Source: Candidatus Latescibacterota bacterium (GTDB lineage: Bacteria; Latescibacterota; UBA2968; UBA8231). Taken from it: a stretch of DNA of 30,958 nt. Below the pieces are notes generated by a model. The model did not search any database, had not been told where the DNA came from, and worked only from the letters and a program-made list of their open reading frames with translations. How positions within the stretch are numbered: position 1 is the first letter of the stretch; every line of letters starts with the position of its first letter. Shown piece after piece: positions 18,519 to 25,877 of this stretch. The translations under genes and the position numbers were made by a program. The DNA is taken from NCBI GenBank assembly GCA_965205655.1, contig CBDBIJ010000071.1, forward strand, positions 1 to 30,958. Direction: 5' to 3'.

Positions 18519-19282
18519 GGGGCTCCGTCGGCATCACAACCCTCGTCCTGATAGGCCTGGCGGGTGCACTGCAAGCCGAGTCGGCGGCAGTGGGCCTGTT
18601 CGTCGAGGGCAACGAATCGTATCGCCGCTCCGAGTACGAGAGGGCGCGCGCAAAGTACCTCGAAGCGGTGGCGACCGGGGTGAGGGACTCGAGGTTGTTT
18701 TACAACCTCGGCAACGCCTGCTTCAAGTCCGAAAGGCTCGGCGAGGCCATCGTGTGGTACGAGCGCGCGCGACGACTATCTCCGCGTGACGACGACATCC
18801 GCGCCAACCTGCTGTTCGCCTCCTGCGTCAAAAAGGACCGCGTCGAGGACGAGGGTGAACCCAACCCGCTGTGGCAGCTCGTCCTGCGTCTGTACTACTA
18901 CCCGACGGAAAACGAGCTGGCGGCAGCGTTCGCGTGTTTTCTGTTCGGACTGTTCGGTCAGGCGGCGATGCGTTTGCGCCGGCGACAAGAGGGGCGGGGG
19001 GGGCTCTGGCTCGGCGCGTTCGCGTCGATCTGTTGCCTGACTGCTGCCACGGCTCTGCTTCTCCTCGCGCGGGTCCATCAGATGTCGAACCGCATCGACG
19101 CGGTCGTCACGGTTGCGCAGGCAACCGCACGAAGCGGTCCGGACATCGACCAGACTGTCGTGTTCGTCATACACGAGGGGACGATGACGCGACTACAGCG
19201 CAGAGAGGGTGACTGGGTCCTGATTCGACTGGCGAATGGTCTGGGTGGGTGGATGCGGGCAGACGAAGTAACCGTCATTTGA
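18515..19282 (+). CDS. batE: BatE-like TPR + SH3b protein
   Basis: YNLGNACFK...GEAIVWYERA.RLSPRD.DIRANL, two TM helices, C-terminal SGP...F.IHEG...W..IRL.NGL.GW. Confidence 0.87.
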   Translation: MRGSVGITTLVLIGLAGALQAESAAVGLFVEGNESYRRSEYERARAKYLEAVATGVRDSRLFYNLGNACFKSERLGEAIVWYERARRLSPRDDDIRANLLFASCVKKDRVEDEGEPNPLWQLVLRLYYYPTENELAAAFACFLFGLFGQAAMRLRRRQEGRGGLWLGAFASICCLTAATALLLLARVHQMSNRIDAVVTVAQATARSGPDIDQTVVFVIHEGTMTRLQRREGDWVLIRLANGLGGWMRADEVTVI

Positions 19283-19300
19283 GGCAAATCTGCGCCGAGG

Positions 19301-20676
19301 GAGCTTGGGTCAAATGGTGTGTAAACGACTCAGGCGGCGATCTTCTTCCTTTGCGCGATGGGTGATCCGTTTTCGTAGCACTCCCCGGCGTAGACGTCAG
19401 CCATGAGATGCGGTGCATTGAGTCGCCGGAATCGTTTCCCGGCCACCATCAGTACCCGCCAAATGAGGGCGGTGGCATTGGCCACCTTCCTGTATCGTTT
19501 GGCCGCATTGGTTCGCAACCGTACCGAAGCGAAGGGACTTTCGACGACGTTGGTGGTGCGCAGGTGTTGCCAGTGGGCCTCGGGAAAGTCGTAGAATGTC
19601 ACCATACGGTCCCAATCGCGCTCAAGGATATCGACGGCGTCTGGACACTCGCGGCGAAACCGTTTGGCGAATTGATCGCGACGTTTCGTCGCTTCCTGAC
19701 GGGTCGGCGCGTACGGGATCTGTGTCAGCAGGTGCCGCCCTTCGACCTGCACGCGTTTTGGCAGCTTATCCAGCACGTTCAGGATGCGGTGATTCCAGCA
19801 TCGCTGTTCAGCCGTCTCCGGCCAGACCTCTGCCAGGGCCGCCCAGATACCCAGGTGCCCATCCGCCACCAACAACTTCGCCACGCTCAGTCCGCGGTCA
19901 CGCAGATCGCGCAGTACGCCCGCCCACGACTCCTTCGATTCGCGATAGCCCGGGACAATCGTCAGGACTTCTTTGCGCCCATCGCTCATCGCGCCGATGA
20001 CCACCAGGAGAGCGGCTTTTTGCTTCTCGAGACCGGCTTTGACGTAGATCCCGTCCGCCCAGGCGTAGACGAGCTCGCGGTCATCCAGTCGTCGGCTGCG
20101 CCAGGCGTTGTATTCGACGATCCACTTCTCACGCAAACGAGCGATCGAGGACGCCGACAAAGGCGCTCCCTTGCCCAGCAGGCCGCGCAGCGCCAGCTCG
20201 AAGTCGCCCTGAGACAAACCGTGCAGGTAAAGCTCTGGCAGCAGCTGACCTATTTCTTGGGTGCGCCGGGCGAACAGCGGCAGTACCGCACTCTCAAATC
20301 GCTCTTCCAGACCCCGCACCCAAGGGCGTTTCACCTCGATCGTGCCCGAGGTCAAGGACAGTCGCCGCCGCTTCCCGTACCCATTGCGGTAGCCGCCGGC
20401 TGCGTCCAACGGTGCCTGTCGCTCGTACCGTGACCGTCCCAGCGCATGGGTGACTTCTTCATCCAGAACCGACTGCATCAGCGACTGAATCTGCGAGCGT
20501 GTCCACTCTTCCAGCGTTTCGAACGTGGGCATGGACATTTCCGTCGTGCGCGGCTTAGGTTGTGCCATGGCGATTCTCCTCTTCCTGCCGGGATAGCCCC
20601 GGCGTTTGTGATGGCTAATTACAAAGGAAGGGTAGGATCGCCGTCTGTCTATTTCCACACCTTCTGATTATAGCTC
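19301..20676 (-). mobile_element. IS256-family insertion sequence (1376 bp)
   Basis: Imperfect terminal inverted repeats: 19301-19325 GAGCTTGGGTCAAATGGTGTGTAAA versus reverse complement of 20652-20676 GAGCTATAATCAGAAGGTGTGGAAA (18/25 identical). Flanking 8-mers CGCCGAGG and TACCGAGG (6/8). Single transposase ORF inside. Confidence 0.88.
19330..20568 (-). CDS. IS256-family (Mutator-like) DDE transposase, 412 aa
   Basis: GYRNGY, LYLHGLSQGDF, WADGIY (D), VADGHLG (D), QRCWNH, LRTTNVVES (E). RBS AGGAG before ATG 20568. Confidence 0.95.
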   Translation of the reverse strand: MAQPKPRTTEMSMPTFETLEEWTRSQIQSLMQSVLDEEVTHALGRSRYERQAPLDAAGGYRNGYGKRRRLSLTSGTIEVKRPWVRGLEERFESAVLPLFARRTQEIGQLLPELYLHGLSQGDFELALRGLLGKGAPLSASSIARLREKWIVEYNAWRSRRLDDRELVYAWADGIYVKAGLEKQKAALLVVIGAMSDGRKEVLTIVPGYRESKESWAGVLRDLRDRGLSVAKLLVADGHLGIWAALAEVWPETAEQRCWNHRILNVLDKLPKRVQVEGRHLLTQIPYAPTRQEATKRRDQFAKRFRRECPDAVDILERDWDRMVTFYDFPEAHWQHLRTTNVVESPFASVRLRTNAAKRYRKVANATALIWRVLMVAGKRFRRLNAPHLMADVYAGECYENGSPIAQRKKIAA

Positions 20677-20866
20677 TACCGAGGAGAGACGACTGCTTGT
20701 CGGACGCAGTGAGGGCGTGCATATTTTACAGTAGGACGTGATGGGAGTCGCACCGATTTCCCCGCTTGCCTCAGCGACTCGACTGGCTCTGCCACTTCCC
20801 GATCCTCCTCGACTGTCGACGATTTCCTGCCTGAGCGGCCCGTTTGCGGGCTGACAGCAACGCATC

Positions 20867-22895
20867 ATGAAATACCTGCTTACCGGAGGAGGGACAGGTG
20901 GCCACGTCTATCCGGCCCTCGCCGTCGCAGACGATATTCGGCGTCGAGAGCCGGATGCCGACATTCTGTATGTGGGTGTCCGCGGAGGACTCGAGGCCAG
21001 GGCTGTGCCGGCTCGGGGCTACCCACTTCGGTTCGTCCGCTCGCGGCCATTACCGCGCTCGCCGTCACCGTTTGGCATGCTCACGTTTGCCGCCAGTCTC
21101 CTGATAGGAACCGCGACTGGCGTCGGTATCCTCCTGCGCTTCCGGCCTCACATCATCTTCGCCACAGGCGGCTTCGCAAGCGCACCGATCATGTTCGCCT
21201 TCGGACTGCTCCGCAAGCTTGGGTTGGGCAGGGCCAAGGTATTTCTGTACGAGCCGAACCTGCAGCCCGGGGTGCTCAACCACGCCGTCGGACGATTGGC
21301 GGATCGGGTCGGCGTCGCCTTCGAGGAAGCGGGACGGTGGTTCGATATGAAGCGGGTCGCCGTCGTCGGCTATCCCGCGCGGCGAGAGCTCCTCAAGATA
21401 GATCGGGACGCTTCGCGTCACAGGCTCCGGATCGAGGAGGACCGTCAGGTCGTTCTTATCACCGGGGGGTCGAGTGGGTCTCGAATCATCAACGAGGCCG
21501 TCGTCGAGGCCCTTCCGCTCGTGCGCCAGAGAGACGGGATCCTGGTCATTCACGTCACCGGACGCTACTCCAGCGCTGAGTACGACGCAGTCCGCGACAC
21601 GGAGCGGCTTCTGGAGCAAGCGGGGCTGACCGGCGATACCGCCGCGTGGTACCGCCGCCTCGATTACTCGGACGATATTCAGGAACTCTACGCAGCGGCC
21701 GACGTCGTCGTTTGCCGCGGCGGGGCCGGCACGCTTACCGAAGTCTGCCTATGCGGCCTGCCAGCGATCGTCGTGCCGCTGGCTGCGGCGGAGGACCATC
21801 AGGCCGCAAATGCCCGAGAGCTGGAGCGGATTGGCGCCGCACGGGTGCTGTATCAGGGCGCGCGCTGGGACGGGCACACGGTGAGACCGCATCTTGATGG
21901 TGAGCTCCTCGCCGGTGAGATCGGACGTCTCATGGACTCACCCGAGCTGCGCCAACGGCTCAGCTCGACCGCCAGCACCGTGCCGAAGCGCAACAGCCTG
22001 GAGCTCATCGCCTCGGAGATCGCGGCGCTCATGGATGGGCGCAGACCGCCGCCGCTGTCTCTGGAATTTCCCTCGCGTACGAAAGGTGTGCCGAGCGATC
22101 CGAACGCCCTCCTGCGGCAAGTCCGACAGCGGCTCGAGGAAGTCGGGGGAGGCGAGCGCCTCGATCCGCGCGAGCTGGCTTATTGGCGATATCAGGCCGA
22201 TCGATACCTGACCTCGGAGCAGTGGTATGAGATCCCCCTTGGGAAACGCAACGTCGGCATCAAGCTCGTCGGCCTCCTGGGCTATCAGGAGCGACTCGAT
22301 CTCCTCCTCGACATGCTCATGGACCGCAGCCCGGGCCAATGGCGCGCGTCGCCTTTTCGGCGGTGATTTTCGTCACCCCGGAATCGTCAGACGCAACGTC
22401 ATAGAGCACGGTCTGCACAATCTCGATGAGATGGCTGACCGGGTCGAGGAGGTGCTGGTACGGGCGCTGGAGACCGATCCCTACTTCGAAGTGCGCGCCG
22501 CTGCCGCCAGGGCGCTGGGTGATCGCAATGCCATCGAGGATACGACGAACGCCACTCTCTTGACCGCTCTTACAGATCGATCTCCACGAGTCGTCATTCA
22601 GGCCCTGCGCGCCGTGGGCAGAGTCGGGAGAGGGGGAGATGAACTCCTCGGCGCCCTGCGGCGGTTCTATATTCACCCCGACTCTCAGTTCAGGCAGGAG
22701 GTGGTTCGGGCGCTGGGGTATCTGCTGCACCGCGGCGTCCTGAGCGCAGAGGATCTCGACGAAGACGTCGATCAAATCCTCGCCACCTCCTCCGGATTCG
22801 AGCCCGCATTTCCGCTCAAGGAGAGCCTCGGCAAACTCGCCGAACAGGTCCGTTCGTCGCGACCGCCGCGCCGGGCCGGGACGGGAGAGAGATAG
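20867..22895 (+). CDS. murG: MurG-like GT28 glycosyltransferase fused to a C-terminal HEAT-repeat domain (+1 frameshift at GGG 22333-22335)
   Basis: TGGGTGGHVYP, TGGFASAP, EPN..PG..N, GGSSGS..IN, CRGGAGTLTE, DHQ..NA. Deleting one G joins ORF 20867..22366 to the 22227..22895 frame (DPYFEVRAAAARALG, DRSPRVVIQALRAVG, DSQFRQEVVRALG), giving about 675 aa. Confidence 0.8.
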
Positions 22896-22898
22896 GCT

Positions 22899-24005
22899 AT
22901 GCTCTACTACGTCGGCACATATCTGCAGGAGACAGTAGAGGCGCTGTCGTATCTGCGGTTGCTGGATTCCATCAGCTTCAGGGCGATCGCGGGGGCAATC
23001 ACCTCTCTCGTGTTTACCATATTGTTCGGTAGTCCAATCATCCTCTACTTCTACCGTTCAGGACAGCGGGACGCGTCGCGGCAATACGCCCACTTCCCAG
23101 TCACCGAACATCAAGCAAAGACCTACGGCGGCGGTCTGCTCGTGGCGGCCGTCCTCACGAGCGCCCTCCTGTGGTGCAAGTTGCTCAATCCATTCGTGAT
23201 TCTCTGTCTGGGCGCCGTCGTCTGGTTTGCCGCTCTGGGCTATGCCGATGACCTTCTCAAGGTTCGTCATGGTAGCAGCGACCGCGGGCTGGGTGAGACG
23301 GCCAAGCTCATCTTCCAGCTTGTGTACGCGCTGGTTTTCGCCGTCGTGTTTGTCACGGAGGAGCTTTCGCCGCTGCCGGCAGGACTGGCGACCCAGCTGT
23401 ATCTCCCCTTTTTCAAAAACCCGGTCGTCGACCTGTCATGGGGCTACATTCCCTTCATCGTGTTCACCGTCGTTGCCATTGCCAATTCGGTCAATATCGC
23501 CGACGGTCTGGACGGATTGGCGGTGGTTCCGGTGGCCTTCGCCGTCGCCGTGTACGGGGTATTCGCCTACGTGTCGAGTCACGCCCAGATCTCGCAATTC
23601 CTCATCTTTCCCTTCGTTCCCGGTGTAGGTGAAGTGGCGATCATCTGCTCCATCGTCTTCGGCGCCTGTCTCGGATTTCTGTGGTTCAACTCCTATCCAG
23701 CCAACGTCATCATGGGGGACTCGGGGTCTATGGCGCTGGGGGGCCTGCTGGGCACCGTCGTCGTCCTGGTGAAGCAGGAATTCCTTTTCCTGATCGTGGG
23801 TGGCATCTTTGTGGGTGAGGCGCTGTCAGTGGTGGTGCAGGAGAAGATCGGAATCAGATGGCTCGGGCGGCGCTTTCTTCACAGCGCGCCCATACATCAC
23901 CACTTTCAGTCCCGAGGTCTCGCCGACACGAAGATCGTCATCAGATTCTGGATCGCCGCCGGCATACTGGCCCTCGTAGGCCTGGCGACGTTGAAGATTC
24001 GCTGA
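22899..24005 (+). CDS. mraY: Phospho-N-acetylmuramoyl-pentapeptide transferase (MraY-like, divergent first loop motif)
   Basis: GYADDLLK, NSVNIADGLDGL, GFLWFNSYPANVIMGDSGS, APIHHHF, KIVIRFW, terminal LATLKIR; about 10 TM segments. Confidence 0.9.
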   Translation: MLYYVGTYLQETVEALSYLRLLDSISFRAIAGAITSLVFTILFGSPIILYFYRSGQRDASRQYAHFPVTEHQAKTYGGGLLVAAVLTSALLWCKLLNPFVILCLGAVVWFAALGYADDLLKVRHGSSDRGLGETAKLIFQLVYALVFAVVFVTEELSPLPAGLATQLYLPFFKNPVVDLSWGYIPFIVFTVVAIANSVNIADGLDGLAVVPVAFAVAVYGVFAYVSSHAQISQFLIFPFVPGVGEVAIICSIVFGACLGFLWFNSYPANVIMGDSGSMALGGLLGTVVVLVKQEFLFLIVGGIFVGEALSVVVQEKIGIRWLGRRFLHSAPIHHHFQSRGLADTKIVIRFWIAAGILALVGLATLKIR

Positions 24006-24074
24006 AAGAATCAGACAGCTGCGGGCAGAGGCGCGCCTCAGCAGGAAGCTCGCAGGCGCCGCGGCAGCGGCAGT

Positions 24075-24551
24075 CTACAGCAGTCGGATACCGAAGATGA
24101 ACAGGAGGATGAGGGTCGTGCCGATGGCGACGGTGATCCACAGGGGCACACCGCTTTCGTCGCCGTCGTAGACTTCACGGGTGTAGCGGCGATATTCGCT
24201 GGAAAGGAGCAGAAAACCCGAGGCGAGAGCGATTATTATGGCGATAACGAGGAACGGAAAGCCGAGATAGGCCGGGTCGAGAGCCCTTCCGAGACTGATT
24301 CCGTATGGCAGGATATTGACGAGCAGGCCGTACTCGCGCGACAGGACGCTGTAGACGACGATACCCAGACTGAGGGAACTGACCGCCATCGACGACAGCG
24401 CGTCGAGGAAGGGAATCTGAATGACGAAGACGAGAACGGGCACGCTGATGAGGAGGTGCAGCCACATGCCCGAGTAGGCGTAGAAGAACGAAGGCCGCTC
24501 TAGCGAAGCGGTGCCGATCAGGAATTGTGAAAACGATTGCTTGCGTGGCAT
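24075..24551 (-). CDS. Hypothetical integral membrane protein (about 5 TM)
   Basis: 158-aa hydrophobic ORF preceded by a near-consensus promoter. Confidence 0.7.
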   Translation of the reverse strand: MPRKQSFSQFLIGTASLERPSFFYAYSGMWLHLLISVPVLVFVIQIPFLDALSSMAVSSLSLGIVVYSVLSREYGLLVNILPYGISLGRALDPAYLGFPFLVIAIIIALASGFLLLSSEYRRYTREVYDGDESGVPLWITVAIGTTLILLFIFGIRLL

Positions 24552-24622
24552 GGGTCACAACTGAAACGGAGATCGAGCTGAGCGGGAGTGAGAGGGGCAC
24601 CCCGCGGTCAGCGGCAGTTTCA

Positions 24623-24652
24623 ATTGTACTGGGCGATCCGAGCCGCTGTCAA
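24623..24652 (-). promoter_or_regulatory. sigma70 promoter for the 24551 gene
   Basis: Minus strand TTGACA (24652-24647), 18-bp spacer, TACAAT (24628-24623). Confidence 0.65.
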
Positions 24653-24699
24653 GGCTCTTGGCGCCAGGTTGTGAGAGCGCGCTGGCAAGCGCGGCGCTT

Positions 24700-25587
24700 T
24701 CAGGCGGCCGGTACGGCCATATCATGCGCTTCGAGTGTTGGTATGTCGGCGCGCGAGCGGCGCTGTTCCGAATCCCCCACGTCGTCGCGAAGCCCTTTGC
24801 GGATCGACTGGCGCTCCAGATATCGCACGAGCTGATAGCAGATTTCTTGAAGCTCTGCAAAGGAGACTGATACGGCGTAAATGGTGCCCCTCGAATCTCG
24901 CAAGTGAATCCGTGAGTGGGCGACCTGGGCCTCGATCCGGTTCAGTCGGGTCCTGATCTTTTCACAACTCTTCAGAAACGGATCGAGGTGGATGGTCGAG
25001 CCGCGCCGCGAATTGCCGTTCGTACTCGTACGCCGCTTGGCAAGCTCTTCGACGAATCCGGTGGGAGCGGCCACGTTCAGGGAAATGGCCTCCGACTCGG
25101 GACGGCATCGCAGGAAGACCTGAGCTCCTCCTCCGCTCAGATTCGTCAACACTCCCGGCCTGCTCACGCGCGGACCCCGGCTGAGGGGGTCCGTCTCATC
25201 TTCGAGCAGCCAGCTGGTCTGGACCCGCAAGCAGACAGAGATTCGATATGCGCCGCGTCGCTGCGTTCGCTCGATGCGAGTTGGTGGACTTATCAAGAGG
25301 ACGGGAACCCGACCCTTGAGTCGTCCGCGACCGTGGATGTGGCTGGAAAATGTATAATCATCCGTCGTCTGCCTGAGGCTGCTCAGGGTCACAGGCGTGC
25401 CGCGGGGCGGTCGCACGTCCGCCGGAGCGTCGATACAGAGCAGCCCGTCCTTTCTGAGATCCTGCAGTCGTCCCTGGTAGGGTAGCGCTTCGAGCTCTGG
25501 ATCGTCGAATGAGAGTAGAAAACGCTCGCCAATTCGTAGGCAGTCGGAAATCTCGCACGTGGAGCCGTTGCCGTGAGAACCCTTCAT
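24700..25587 (-). CDS. PilZ-domain c-di-GMP receptor, YcgR/flagellar-brake-like architecture
   Basis: N-terminal YcgR-like barrel, QRRGAYRI (RxxxR), NLSGGG (D/NxSxxG), C-terminal helix LVRYLERQ. RBS AAGGAGG. Confidence 0.8.
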   Translation of the reverse strand: MKGSHGNGSTCEISDCLRIGERFLLSFDDPELEALPYQGRLQDLRKDGLLCIDAPADVRPPRGTPVTLSSLRQTTDDYTFSSHIHGRGRLKGRVPVLLISPPTRIERTQRRGAYRISVCLRVQTSWLLEDETDPLSRGPRVSRPGVLTNLSGGGAQVFLRCRPESEAISLNVAAPTGFVEELAKRRTSTNGNSRRGSTIHLDPFLKSCEKIRTRLNRIEAQVAHSRIHLRDSRGTIYAVSVSFAELQEICYQLVRYLERQSIRKGLRDDVGDSEQRRSRADIPTLEAHDMAVPAA

Positions 25588-25654
25588 TTGAGATCAATCC
25601 TCCTTTTGAGGTCCGCGCTGCGAGCGTGTGTGGGTGGGTGGCCCACTGGGGCTC

Positions 25655-25766
25655 GTCGCGGTCGACCTGGCAGACTTCTTGGTTAGCCAGGATGGATGAT
25701 CAGTGCGACCGACGGTCGCAGGCCGATTGCCGCCTGCCGACTGGACGGAGGTGGCTCGACCGCGAC
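25655..25766. ncRNA. Candidate structured RNA (four-way junction) upstream of the PilZ gene; family unassigned
   Basis: Perfect 11-bp closing stem enclosing three hairpins, two of them flush with it (coordinates in findings). Confidence 0.4.
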
Positions 25767-25800
25767 CGGTCTTTACCAGCTAGAATCGGAGCCATGGGGG

Positions 25801-25870
25801 AATTTATTTAGTATTAAATTATACTACATAAGGATAAGTAAACGTATTTATACTATTGTAGTATTCTATC
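25801..25870. promoter_or_regulatory. AT-rich divergent promoter region (PilZ gene / recG)
   Basis: 13 G+C in 70 bp. TATAAT on the minus strand (25823-25818); TATACT on the plus strand at 25820 and 25849. Confidence 0.65.
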
Positions 25871-25877
25871 CTGGGAC

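Noticed and set aside
19408..20433. 341-aa ORF antisense to the transposase, and other long shadow ORFs such as 17307-18470, 8863-9729 and 28159-29073
   Set aside because: They overlap well-supported genes, have no motifs, and are expected from GC-rich codon bias.
20741..20854. 37-codon ORF upstream of murG as a leader peptide
   Set aside because: No distinctive composition or attenuator structure, and a weak RBS.
24006..24074. Intrinsic terminator between the convergent mraY and membrane-protein genes (GAGGCGCGCCTC palindrome)
   Set aside because: No loop and no U-tract on either strand.
24555..24860. 101-aa ORF as a frameshifted continuation of the PilZ gene
   Set aside because: The PilZ domain is already complete, and this ORF runs across the next gene's promoter.
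25655..25800. Match to hairpin/hammerhead ribozymes or c-di-AMP/c-di-GMP riboswitches
   Set aside because: Only isolated short words match (AGAAGUC, CUGAUCA, GGAGCCA); the required companion motifs are absent.
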